DNA of 61,985 nt from Candidatus Pacearchaeota archaeon (GTDB lineage Archaea > Nanobdellota > Nanobdellia > Pacearchaeales > GW2011-AR1), in contig NZBT01000014.1 of assembly GCA_002688015.1 (NCBI GenBank), positions 1 to 61,985 of the forward strand, in the 5' to 3' direction. Under the pieces are notes generated by a model. That model was given only the letters and a program-made list of their open reading frames with translations. It was not told the origin of the DNA and searched no databases. Shown here one piece after another: positions 18,533-27,864 of the stretch (the stretch's first letter is position 1; each line of letters starts with the position of its first letter). The position numbers and the translations under genes were made by a program.

Positions 18533-20197
18533 TTATAATACTGGAGGGAATGCAGGCATATCAAGAGCTTTCTTGAATGTGTCATATAATATACGAGATT
18601 CCCATCTTGCTGCTAATAGTGATTGAGATCTTAAAACTTGTTCTTCATTGCTGTCTTCACTCAATCCAACTTGGTTTTCATCCTTGGATTTCTTCATAGG
18701 TTTGAAAAAATCAAACAGAGCTGTAAAAGGATTTGCCTCTGAAGTTTTTTTAGGATTGAAGGATTCTAAGTCTGGTTTTATTTCTCCAAGAATTTCATCA
18801 ACATCTAATTTTATTTGCTCTAATGAATCTTCTGAAGCTCCTGAGATTGCTCCAAGAATGTCTCCTAGATTATCTTTTTCAACTTGTTTTTTGAATAATT
18901 CAATTTCTTCACTAGTTAGAGCATAGCTTGTTATTGATATTTCTGCTTTTCCTCTAAATCTTGCGTGTTGTCCGAGAGATTCTGGGGTTGCTCTATATTT
19001 GAATTCTACTAAAACTAGAGGAACATAAGATTGTAATTTTAATTTTTTAAAGTATTCTGGCAATTCTCCTGAAGCTATGTCTCCCTTGGGATCATAGGCT
19101 CCTTCTCCAACCACTGTTAATTCAAATAGGGCTGTATTAAAGGCGTTGACAAAAGATGATGAAGAGGCAAGATCTTCCGATTGCTCAAGTCTTTGTGATT
19201 CTTTTAGATATGGCTTTAGCCAGTGAGCGTATAGTCTGAGGACGTTCATTTGACTTTTTAGATAATTTCTTTCTACACGATACCTTCCTCTTAATCCTCC
19301 TTCAGATTGATTGAGCCAGACATAAAATTCTTCTAATCTTTGTTTTACAAGACGTTTCAATCTGTCATTGAGATCGAGCTTGTCTGCTGCTTCTAGTGTT
19401 TCTGGTTTCATAAAGGCATCTATTAATAAAACAAAGTTTGGTTGATTTGCTCCAGTTATAGAAAGTTGTTTGATAGAAGAACCGCCCCTCAAAATGTCAA
19501 CCTTGTCAAGCCATCTTTGTTTTAAGGCGAGAAGAGCTCCAGACTTTTTTGCTTTGTCTTCTGAATTGTAATCATCATAGAGAAAAAGAACTGTTTGAAA
19601 TTCTCTTAAACTATATATAAGATTAAGAACAGATTTTGTGACTTCATTTAGATTTCCAATCAATCTTGATGCATTTTGTTCTGCCGTTGATCTTTTTTGC
19701 AGCATGTCTGTGAATAAAGAAGACCCTGGAGAAGTTATGAAGTTATCAACTAACTTGAAGGATCTTTTATATTTAGCGTTTATGTAATCAAGAATCCAAA
19801 AGTAATGTTCTTCAAGAATTTGGGTTGGTTGTCCTGTAATATCATAGTCGATTGTGTGTTTCTCAATTGGATTTTTTATTCCTTGGAGAGACATTGCTGA
19901 ACTTGCAAATCTTGTTTCAATAATGTCTAAATAATCGTTCTCTATAAGTTCAACTTTTTTTGCTGCTTTTAGATAGATATCTGTTTCTTTATCTGCATCT
20001 TTTATTTCTAATCCTTGTTTCTTTTTTTGTTCTATTTTATCATTAATTTTATCTAACTCTTCTTTAACGATTCTCTTAACAAGGTCACGAACAGTTTTGT
20101 CTTTTCTATTGTCAGATTCTCCTGATTTCAAAACTCTGTTAGAACAAAATAAATCTGGATTTATTGCCCCAATTAATTTATGAATATCTGCTGCCAT
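18533..20197 (-). CDS. Hypothetical protein (554 aa), first gene of a three-gene orphan operon
   Basis: Long uninterrupted ORF. No motif recognised. Confidence 0.55.
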   Translation of the reverse strand: MAADIHKLIGAINPDLFCSNRVLKSGESDNRKDKTVRDLVKRIVKEELDKINDKIEQKKKQGLEIKDADKETDIYLKAAKKVELIENDYLDIIETRFASSAMSLQGIKNPIEKHTIDYDITGQPTQILEEHYFWILDYINAKYKRSFKLVDNFITSPGSSLFTDMLQKRSTAEQNASRLIGNLNEVTKSVLNLIYSLREFQTVLFLYDDYNSEDKAKKSGALLALKQRWLDKVDILRGGSSIKQLSITGANQPNFVLLIDAFMKPETLEAADKLDLNDRLKRLVKQRLEEFYVWLNQSEGGLRGRYRVERNYLKSQMNVLRLYAHWLKPYLKESQRLEQSEDLASSSSFVNAFNTALFELTVVGEGAYDPKGDIASGELPEYFKKLKLQSYVPLVLVEFKYRATPESLGQHARFRGKAEISITSYALTSEEIELFKKQVEKDNLGDILGAISGASEDSLEQIKLDVDEILGEIKPDLESFNPKKTSEANPFTALFDFFKPMKKSKDENQVGLSEDSNEEQVLRSQSLLAARWESRILYDTFKKALDMPAFPPVL

Positions 20198-20342
20198 TTT
20201 TATCCTCTTTTCCTTTTTTATTTTAAGAGAAAGAGTTATATAAAGATTTCCAAGGGAGATCTTAAACCATCACTTCTAAAGAAGTATCAAGTATAAAGTT
20301 TTACTTGGAAAGATTTAAAACCTTTCTTTTTATTGAATTTTC

Positions 20343-20612
20343 ATGGTAGCGAACAATAACTATACAACTCTTGGAGATACGAGAGCATACGCTCTTCCTA
20401 AAAGGAGCGAGAGAGCAGGCGGTTCAAGTAGCCCAGGATATGCGTGGGGAGAGAGGAGCCAAGGTGAATCAGGACCTTTAGGTTATCATAATCATAGTAA
20501 GGATAGAGGGTTGGAAGTTTATGAAAGAAAGGGAGATGATCCCAGAAGGGGAAGTAATGGACTTATTCACGATACGGGGAATAGTATTAATGCGAGTTTG
20601 GGATTGAATTAG
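20343..20612 (+). CDS. Hypothetical Gly/Ser/Arg-rich small protein (89 aa)
   Basis: Promoter AGATTTAAAACCTTTCTTTTTATTGAA resembles cassettes C and D. TTTAAA 20314-20319 is centred 27 nt upstream of the ATG. Confidence 0.5.
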   Translation: MVANNNYTTLGDTRAYALPKRSERAGGSSSPGYAWGERSQGESGPLGYHNHSKDRGLEVYERKGDDPRRGSNGLIHDTGNSINASLGLN

Positions 20613-20646
20613 AAAAGTTTTTATACTCTTATTTTTAGTTGTATTC

Positions 20647-20727
20647 ATGAAAACAGAAAATAACTACATTGTGAGAAGGACTCCAAGAGTAGTTGATGCT
20701 TCAGGTTTTCAACCGTCAAGACTTTAG
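20647..20727 (+). CDS. Candidate small protein (26 aa, MKTENNYIVRRTPRVVDASGFQPSRL)
   Basis: Below the ORF-track cutoff. TTTTTATA 20618-20625 is centred 26 nt upstream of ATG 20647. Confidence 0.3.
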   Translation: MKTENNYIVRRTPRVVDASGFQPSRL

Positions 20728-20790
20728 CTTGTAAAGTTTGATTCTACATAGGCTTTAAATAAGGCAATATTCTCTTTTTAGAAGAAAAGG

Positions 20791-20934
20791 TTACAATTTT
20801 GCATCAATGTCAAAATCACTATTGTCAGGATTAATGTCTTCTGTGGAATCTGACTCATCAATGCCATCAGCTAAGTCTTTCGATGGCTTATATGCTGGCC
20901 TTCTGGGCCTACCGACTATGTCCTCTCTAGGCAT
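20791..20934 (-). CDS. Candidate small acidic protein (47 aa, MPREDIVGRPRRPAYKPSKDLADGIDESDSTEDINPDNSDFDIDAKL)
   Basis: Hand translation. The minus-strand TATA (plus-strand TTTAAA 20958-20963) is centred 26.5 nt upstream of ATG 20934. Confidence 0.35.
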   Translation of the reverse strand: MPREDIVGRPRRPAYKPSKDLADGIDESDSTEDINPDNSDFDIDAKL

Positions 20935-21054
20935 AGAATTGAAAGGCAAAACTCATATTTAAAGGTTTGAGAAAGCTTAAAAATAGCTGAAAAGGCTAAA
21001 TTTGGCCGTCTCAAGGCCTGAGAAGACAAATCACAAGGAGAAAAAAACAAGAAA

Positions 21055-22866
21055 ATGAGATTCGTAAGAAGAAAGAAGAAAAACAAGAATGACGATAGAA
21101 GGATAGACTTAAAGAGAAATATGCGAATTTATTGGGAGATAGTTTCCAAGTATAAATGGTTCTATTTCTTTGTTATCTTAATGGTCTTCATTGTTGAAGG
21201 AGTCCATATAGTAGAGAAATATTTGTTCAAGATTGTTATTGATAGAGGAACTGAGTTTTCTGCGGGAACAATAGCTTCAGAAATCTTAGTTGGAGCTTTA
21301 TTGGGTGTTGCTGCAGTATATTTGTCTCTTTTGTTAGTTAAGGCCATTTCTCAGTGGTTTAAGATTCATTTAGCAAATCTCTTTGAAGGAAGAATGCTTT
21401 TTGATTTGAAGAGAAGATACTTCAATCATATTATTCATTTAGGAAACAGATTCCACACAAGTCATAAGACTGGAAGTCTGATTTCAAGACTTACAAGAGG
21501 ATCTAGAGGACTAGAAGGGATTACAGACTTCATCATATATGATGTTGCTCCTTTGCTTTTGCAATTTGCATTATTGTCTGTGGCGTTCTTTTATCTTGAT
21601 GTAACTAGTACGATAGTTTTAGCCTTGACTATCTTTTGTTTTATCGGATTTTCTGTTATTATAAGTTTGAAACAACAGACTACAAACTTAATAGCTAATG
21701 AAGCAGAAGACAGAGAAAAAGCGAATATTGCAGATGTATTCATGAACATAGATTCAATAAAGTATTATGGGAAAGAGAATTTTATTAAGAATAGATTCGC
21801 GAAGATAGCTGACAATTCGAAGAAATGGTTGATTAAGCTGTGGCACTATGGAAGATGGTTTAACTTTGGGCAGAGTTTAATTTTAGGAATAGGAACATTC
21901 TTCCTATTCTATTTCCCATTGATTAAATTCCTTGATGGAGGAATAACAATAGGTACTGTTGCTTTCATTTATACAGCATATGGAGGCTTGTTGGGGCCTT
22001 TGTATGGATTTGTTCATAGCTTGAGAAGACTTTACATGCATCTTGCAGATGTTCAAGACTTGTTTGACTATGAGAAGATAAATAATGATATTGAGGATAA
22101 AGTGAACGCTCCCAAATTAAAAGTTAAGAAAGGAAAGATAGACTTTGAGGGAATTTCTTTCAAGTATCATGATAGAAAAGTTATCAATAACGTTTCTCTA
22201 GAAATAAATCCTGGAGAAAAGATTGCTCTAGTTGGGCATTCAGGCAGTGGAAAGACAACGCTTGTTAAGTTGCTTTACAGATTGTATGATACTGATACTG
22301 GAAAAATAAAGATAGATGGGCTTGACATAAGAGATGTTAGACAAGAAAGTCTTAGAGGAGAGCTTTCAATTGTTCCTCAGGAAGCAATTTTATTTGATGA
22401 TACTATCTTTGAGAACATTAGATTCTCAAGGCCAAGCGCTACAAAAGCTGAAGTTTTGAGAGCTATGAGATTTGCTCAGTTGGATAAGTTTGTTAAACTA
22501 TTGCCTCAAAGAGAGAATACAATTGTTGGAGAACGTGGAGTGAAACTTTCAGGCGGAGAGAAGCAAAGAGTTTCTATAGCGAGAGCTATTTTAGCAAATA
22601 AGAAAATTCTTGTTTTAGATGAGGCAACTTCTGCTCTTGACAGTAAGACAGAATGGGAAATTCAGAAGGATCTTAAAAGATTGATGGAGGGCAGGACATC
22701 AATAATTATAGCTCATAGGCTTTCAACAATAATGCATGCTGATAAGATTGTAGTGATGGATAAGGGAAGGATTGTGCAGTTAGGGAAACATAATGAGCTT
22801 ATCAATAAGCCTGGAGTTTACAAAGAATTGTGGAATCTCCAGAAAGGCGGATATATTGAAGAATGA
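21055..22866 (+). CDS. ABC exporter, fused TMD-NBD (MsbA/MdlB-type)
   Basis: Six-TM N-terminal half. Walker A GHSGSGKTT, signature LSGGEKQR, Walker B ILVLDEATSALD, H-loop IIAHRLST. AAGGAG lies about 15 nt upstream of the start. Confidence 0.9.
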   Translation: MRFVRRKKKNKNDDRRIDLKRNMRIYWEIVSKYKWFYFFVILMVFIVEGVHIVEKYLFKIVIDRGTEFSAGTIASEILVGALLGVAAVYLSLLLVKAISQWFKIHLANLFEGRMLFDLKRRYFNHIIHLGNRFHTSHKTGSLISRLTRGSRGLEGITDFIIYDVAPLLLQFALLSVAFFYLDVTSTIVLALTIFCFIGFSVIISLKQQTTNLIANEAEDREKANIADVFMNIDSIKYYGKENFIKNRFAKIADNSKKWLIKLWHYGRWFNFGQSLILGIGTFFLFYFPLIKFLDGGITIGTVAFIYTAYGGLLGPLYGFVHSLRRLYMHLADVQDLFDYEKINNDIEDKVNAPKLKVKKGKIDFEGISFKYHDRKVINNVSLEINPGEKIALVGHSGSGKTTLVKLLYRLYDTDTGKIKIDGLDIRDVRQESLRGELSIVPQEAILFDDTIFENIRFSRPSATKAEVLRAMRFAQLDKFVKLLPQRENTIVGERGVKLSGGEKQRVSIARAILANKKILVLDEATSALDSKTEWEIQKDLKRLMEGRTSIIIAHRLSTIMHADKIVVMDKGRIVQLGKHNELINKPGVYKELWNLQKGGYIEE

Positions 22867-23462
22867 TAATAACAATAACTGGCCCGAGGTCTGTGGGGAA
22901 GACTACTGTATCTAAGTTAGTTGCTAGGAAGCTCAAGTTGAGATACGTTTCATCAGATGAGCTTGGGGAGAAGGCTCTCAAAAAACAGGGCGGGCTGGAT
23001 AAGGCAATAAAGTCTGGAGCAATAATGGAATTTGTTAGGAAAAAGGGTTATAGTTTGATAACTAAAGAATACAAAAGGAACAATTTTGTTTATGATTTAT
23101 CTATAGGATCTGTTACATCAGAAGACTTTCCTAAGGCAAGTAAAGAAGTTAGAGATACTGCTAATGAGAGAGGAATAGTAATTGGTCTTCTTCCTTCAAA
23201 AAATTCTAAGGATTCGATTAGACTTTTGTTTAATAGAGAATTAAGAAGGAAACATTTCAAGAATGTTGATAAAAAAGAACTTCTTGAAAGGATAAAGAAA
23301 CGTTATCCGAAAGTTACTAAGAGATTCAAAAAGTTTCCTGATTTCGTTGTTTATACTAAAGGAAAGAAGCCAAGGGAAATTGCTGAGGAGATTGTCTCTG
23401 CATTGAAAACAGAGGTTGAGATAAAGAAAGCAAAGAGATTGGATAGGATGTGGAAGAGATGA
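22863..23462 (+). CDS. P-loop NTPase / small-molecule kinase-like protein
   Basis: MIITITGPRSVGKTTVSKLVARKL (Walker A at the N-terminus, shikimate/adenylate-kinase-like). ATGA overlap with the ABC gene. Confidence 0.5.
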   Translation: MIITITGPRSVGKTTVSKLVARKLKLRYVSSDELGEKALKKQGGLDKAIKSGAIMEFVRKKGYSLITKEYKRNNFVYDLSIGSVTSEDFPKASKEVRDTANERGIVIGLLPSKNSKDSIRLLFNRELRRKHFKNVDKKELLERIKKRYPKVTKRFKKFPDFVVYTKGKKPREIAEEIVSALKTEVEIKKAKRLDRMWKR

Positions 23463-24646
23463 TATTCAAAAAAGGAGAATTTGGATTGTTATGGCCGTTT
23501 TACTTAGATGCTCTGTTAAGTCCAATGTTGTTTTTTCTTCCTGCGTTTATGATTGTTTATTTTAGGACTCTTGATTTTAGTTTATTTCAAATAGGGATTA
23601 TAATGGCTATGGCCCCATTGTTCATGCTTTTATTTGAAGTTCCGACAGGGGCTTTTGCAGACTTATACGGGAGAAAATATTCTGTTCTGTTAGGAATGGC
23701 TCTAGAAGGAATTGGTTTCTTTAGTATATTTTTTATGAGAGATTACTATTTTATTTTGGGGGCTTTTGCATTGATTGGTTTTGGATCGACTTTTTCGTCT
23801 GGAGCGGGGGAGGCTTGGGTTACTGATTTGATTAAGGGGGAAAAGAAAGACTTTTTACATGGTTATTTTGTTAAAATGCAGAGTTTTGATAGTTTTGGTT
23901 TAGTTGTCTCTGGAATTTTGGGAGTTTTCATTGTTAAAACATTTGGATTAGGTTCTATTTGGCTAGTTACGGGAGGTTCTTTTTTATTATCCTTCATTCT
24001 TGATAGTTTTGCAAAAGAGAATTTTGTTAGGAAAAAATCAAGTGTTAGCGAATCTTTTAAGAAATTGAATAGACAGGGGAAAGAGGCCGTTAATTACAGT
24101 AGAAAACATGGAGTTTTGTTTTACTTTATTATTGCTAGTGCTATTTTAGTTTTGTCTGGAACTCTTAGTTCTCATATTGCTTGGGTTCCATTTTTACAAG
24201 ATCTTGGATTTCAAGATCATTGGTTTGGATATATGTGGAGCGCTATGGCTGCAGTTGGAATTTTTGCTCCAAGTATTGGAATGAAATTTTATAAAAAGAA
24301 TAAAGAAAGAGGTTTTCTAATGTTTTCTATAATTGCTTCTTCAATTCTTTTGCTTTTGATTTTATTAGCAAATAACTTAGTTTTTGGATTTGCTATTTTA
24401 TTAGGGACTATGTTTTTCTTCTTTATGCAAAAACCTGTTGAAAGAAGTTATTTCCATAGGTTTGTTCCTAGTAAGATAAGGGCTTCTGTAGGATCAGTAG
24501 AAAGTATGGTTTTGTCTTTAATTGCTATCCTTTCCTTGCCAATAGCAGGATTTTTAATTGATAAGATTGGAGCCCAGTATACTATATTTATTGGGGGAAT
24601 TTTAGCAATTCCTGCAGCTATTGTTTATTGGAGGATAAAAGAATGA
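23450..24646 (+). CDS. MFS transporter
   Basis: About 12 hydrophobic segments. MFS motif A-like GAFADLYGRKYSVLLG. Confidence 0.75.
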   Translation: MEEMIFKKGEFGLLWPFYLDALLSPMLFFLPAFMIVYFRTLDFSLFQIGIIMAMAPLFMLLFEVPTGAFADLYGRKYSVLLGMALEGIGFFSIFFMRDYYFILGAFALIGFGSTFSSGAGEAWVTDLIKGEKKDFLHGYFVKMQSFDSFGLVVSGILGVFIVKTFGLGSIWLVTGGSFLLSFILDSFAKENFVRKKSSVSESFKKLNRQGKEAVNYSRKHGVLFYFIIASAILVLSGTLSSHIAWVPFLQDLGFQDHWFGYMWSAMAAVGIFAPSIGMKFYKKNKERGFLMFSIIASSILLLLILLANNLVFGFAILLGTMFFFFMQKPVERSYFHRFVPSKIRASVGSVESMVLSLIAILSLPIAGFLIDKIGAQYTIFIGGILAIPAAIVYWRIKE

Positions 24647-24688
24647 GAAAAGCTATTAAAGGACATCCGCCTTTGAAGAAGAAGTAAA

Positions 24689-25540
24689 ATGGCTAAGAAA
24701 AAGAGTACAAAGAAAAACGTGAAAGAAAAAAAGGTTGATTGGCTTAAAGTTCTCGCTTTCATTTTAATAATTGCCGGGATTGTTTTGTTAATTTCTTCAA
24801 GTGAAGGGATTACAGGGAATGTTGTTAGCATTGGTGATTCTGGTGCAGAAAGAGTAAATAATATTGGATTTTGGCTTGGAGTTGCTTTGTTAGTTGGAGG
24901 AGCTTTATTGGGTATGGCAAAGCAAGGAGGGGTAAGATCTCCTGTAAGGAGAACTTTGGCAGATATAGTTAATGAACAAAGTTTGCCTGAAACTGAAGAT
25001 GTGGTTTTTCTGTTTGATACAAGTTTCATATCCCATTTTGAACAAAGAGGTGCTGAATTTACAAGAGATATGTTCTCTGGACATAGACCAGTATTAATGA
25101 GTGATATAGAAGAAGAATCAAATTATGTCCCTCGTTCTAATCGTAGAAGTGGGAAACCTTTAGTATCTAGAGGATATATGGGAAATTTAAGAAATAGTTT
25201 GGGAACAGTCCCTCAAGATTATGAACCTACTGATGATCAAGTGGAAACTGTTCTTGAAGCTTACAGAAAAGTTAAAACAATGTTTCGTGCGCCTTATACC
25301 CAAGCCGATATAGATGATTTTGAGAAAGGTGCAGATATGACTCTTCTTTCATATGCACTTCAAAGAGGAAAGAATTATACTTTTATACTTACAGATGACA
25401 ATAAAGATATTGGAAGAGTGGCAAAATATCTTAGAGAAACACAAGGAGTGAATGTTTATACTAAAAACTCAGATTTCTTTTTAGGAGCTAGGCCAAATCC
25501 AGCAGCAGCGCCAAGGAGAAAACCTAAATGGACAGACTAG
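24689..25540 (+). CDS. Membrane-anchored PIN-like domain protein
   Basis: Two N-terminal TM helices (VLAFILIIAGIVLLI, IGFWLGVALLVGGALLG). Then VVFLFDTSFI, DIEEE, GADMTLLSYA and FILTDDNKDI give four acidic positions in PIN order. Confidence 0.45.
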   Translation: MAKKKSTKKNVKEKKVDWLKVLAFILIIAGIVLLISSSEGITGNVVSIGDSGAERVNNIGFWLGVALLVGGALLGMAKQGGVRSPVRRTLADIVNEQSLPETEDVVFLFDTSFISHFEQRGAEFTRDMFSGHRPVLMSDIEEESNYVPRSNRRSGKPLVSRGYMGNLRNSLGTVPQDYEPTDDQVETVLEAYRKVKTMFRAPYTQADIDDFEKGADMTLLSYALQRGKNYTFILTDDNKDIGRVAKYLRETQGVNVYTKNSDFFLGARPNPAAAPRRKPKWTD

Positions 25541-26112
25541 TATCTTAATTCCTTTATGGCTTTTGTTATTCTCTCTGATTCTTTTTCTGTTACAAATGAC
25601 TTGATTTGTTCAAGAGTTGTAGTATTGAAACCTTTAGAAACTAATCTATTTGTTCCGGTTGGATTTATTTCATAGAGGGTTGGAAGCTCTCTATTTGGAG
25701 TTCCAATTAAAAATCTTTCAAATCCGTTTCCAAGATACATTTTTATGGCTTCTGCAAAACTGTCTGCGAAAGATTCTTCTCTGATGAAGGGAATATCATA
25801 TGTTTGAATTCTTGCTGGAAGATATTTTTCTTCTCGATCGAAATCCTGCATCAAAGCCAAATCCCATGTCTCTACCAGATCTTCTTCATTCATAGAGCCA
25901 TCAAAAGCTCCTTGTAGTGTTATTAGCTTTCCTGGCCTAATTGTTTTTACATCCATGAAATCTTCTAATACAAATAACTTATTGAAAGTTCCAGTGTATG
26001 GATTTATGCCTGGAGCCTCTACCTGTGTGTTATCTCTAGCGCTAGATCCGTCTTCAGATTCTGTTGAATCCGTTCTGTAAGGACTATTTTCATATCTTTG
26101 GTGTTTTGTCAT
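25537..26112 (-). CDS. Hypothetical protein (191 aa)
   Basis: Complete ORF. Minus-strand TATA is about 27 nt upstream of ATG 26112. Confidence 0.5.
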   Translation of the reverse strand: MTKHQRYENSPYRTDSTESEDGSSARDNTQVEAPGINPYTGTFNKLFVLEDFMDVKTIRPGKLITLQGAFDGSMNEEDLVETWDLALMQDFDREEKYLPARIQTYDIPFIREESFADSFAEAIKMYLGNGFERFLIGTPNRELPTLYEINPTGTNRLVSKGFNTTTLEQIKSFVTEKESERITKAIKELRY

Positions 26113-26224
26113 TTTATTAAGTATGTGTTCTAAGTATATTTATTTTCCGTTTATCTGTAAAAATGCCTGTTTTTAGGTGTATATAAAGTTTTGTTTTGTT
26201 ATTACTAGAAATTGATAAAATTGT

Positions 26225-27256
26225 CTATTTTTGCTTGAAAGGCATTCCTGCTGCGCTGTTAGACCAATCATATTCGGACATTTTCTTGTGTCCTTTGCTT
26301 GGGGCTGAAACCCAAAGAGTATCGTGATTTCCATATCTTTCCCAAGCATCCATAAGAATTGGGTTTATTTCCATTCCTATCAATGGACGAGTTTTTATTC
26401 TTCCAGATTCAGAAAGGTCAATTTTAAGAGTATCATAAGTTGAAGATAATGCCAATCTAAGGAAAGGTTCTGTAATCATTGGGAAAGGTTGTAAGACGAT
26501 TCTTCTTGATTTTTCTCCGACTTTTCTTGAATAAGCTGAGTGTGCTGCTACTTCATGCATGCAGTGTCTGTAAGGATGAGCGAATCTGAAAGTTATTTCT
26601 GATTCTTGTTTGTATTTACAAGCGTGTCCGCTTGAAAGTCTTGTCCATTCAAAGTGTCTTGAAGGATCGCTTAATCTTGTTAGTTTTTTTAGATCTACAG
26701 AATGTTTTATATCTCTGTCTGTTGAAGGAACTCTTGTTCTAATTGTAAATACGTCTGAGTCTTTTGCTGAATAAGGTTTTATTACTTCTACTTTATCTTC
26801 TATGTCTGGAGAAAGATGTCCATACATTTCTATTCTTCTTCCTTGGATAAGTTGCCAAGGTTCTAAAATGTGGGCCGTTCCATTAGTGTCCATCCAATAC
26901 CATGCAACGAATCTATTGTTTGGATTTGAAGGATTATCTTGTAAATCAAGATTTGCTTTAATTCTTGATTTTATTGGACTCCATTGTTGGTTGATAGATT
27001 CTTGTTTTCCAAGAGTTTGTAATTTTACATATTGTCCTCTTTTTCCGAAGTTTGCAGCGCTGTAAAATTCAGGAGGGATTAGTGTAACTGAAGGAGAAAT
27101 CATTACAATTTGATTATTAGATCTTGATTCATGAGTAGGAACGATATCCTCAAAGCGATTTACATGAATTATTTCTCTTTCGAGTCCTTTTTCTCCAAGA
27201 ATTGCTTTCTTTGTTTTAGGACGTGCGAATGCTTGTTCTCTGTCTTTGAATGCCAT
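26225..27256 (-). CDS. Hypothetical protein with SWIM-like zinc-chelating motif
   Basis: GHACKY...(18 aa)...HCMHEVAAH resembles SWIM CxC...CxH with the first Cys replaced by His. Confidence 0.35.
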   Translation of the reverse strand: MAFKDREQAFARPKTKKAILGEKGLEREIIHVNRFEDIVPTHESRSNNQIVMISPSVTLIPPEFYSAANFGKRGQYVKLQTLGKQESINQQWSPIKSRIKANLDLQDNPSNPNNRFVAWYWMDTNGTAHILEPWQLIQGRRIEMYGHLSPDIEDKVEVIKPYSAKDSDVFTIRTRVPSTDRDIKHSVDLKKLTRLSDPSRHFEWTRLSSGHACKYKQESEITFRFAHPYRHCMHEVAAHSAYSRKVGEKSRRIVLQPFPMITEPFLRLALSSTYDTLKIDLSESGRIKTRPLIGMEINPILMDAWERYGNHDTLWVSAPSKGHKKMSEYDWSNSAAGMPFKQK

Positions 27257-27380
27257 TTTATATTAAAAATAGAGCAGAAATAGAGGTTATAAACTTTATG
27301 ATTGAGTATTACTTTAGAGTTAACATTTTTCTAGTTTTTCCAATTAGTGGGGTTTAAATAATTGTGAAATATATGTAATT

Positions 27381-27827
27381 ATGGGCTGGTTTGGAAAAAG
27401 GGGAGAAACTGTCGATTTAACTGATATGAAGAAGCGTGGCTTGCTGCCTCCTGTTTCAGAGAGTGAAGTTAATGAGGATGGTGTTGTTGACCTTTCTGGG
27501 AGTTTTAACAGTTCAGCAGGAGAAAGTAATTCTAGTAGTGAAAGTGGAGGGGAAACAGGAGGATTCGGCTTTTTGAGTGGTCTTGCAGGGGCAGGAGTAA
27601 GTTCTGAATCGACTGAAAGCCAACCTGATTCTGATAGTTCCTCTGGGAATGTTGGAGAAAGTAGCAGTTTAGCTGGGGAAAGTGGAAGTTATACAGAGAG
27701 ATTGAGGAGAGCGAGAACTAGTGCTTCTAACTTAGATCATTTGCAAACAAAGATAGACGATATTGAGTACAAATTAGAGAGATTTTTGGAAAGATTGGAA
27801 AGGATGGAAGATAAATTGCCTGATTGA
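27381..27827 (+). CDS. Hypothetical protein: Ser/Gly-rich linker plus C-terminal coiled coil
   Basis: TTTAAA 27353-27358 is centred 26 nt upstream of the ATG. C-terminal heptad-like LDHLQTKIDDIEYKLERFLERLERMEDKL. Confidence 0.5.
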   Translation: MGWFGKRGETVDLTDMKKRGLLPPVSESEVNEDGVVDLSGSFNSSAGESNSSSESGGETGGFGFLSGLAGAGVSSESTESQPDSDSSSGNVGESSSLAGESGSYTERLRRARTSASNLDHLQTKIDDIEYKLERFLERLERMEDKLPD

Positions 27828-27864
27828 TAGAAGAGCTTAAATAACTCTTAATTCTATTCTATTT

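Noticed and set aside
24625-25029. 134-aa minus-strand ORF overlapping the MFS 3' end and the PIN-like gene.
   Set aside because: It is antisense to two better-supported ORFs, has a low-complexity hydrophobic/Thr-Ser composition, and has no TATA at the right distance.
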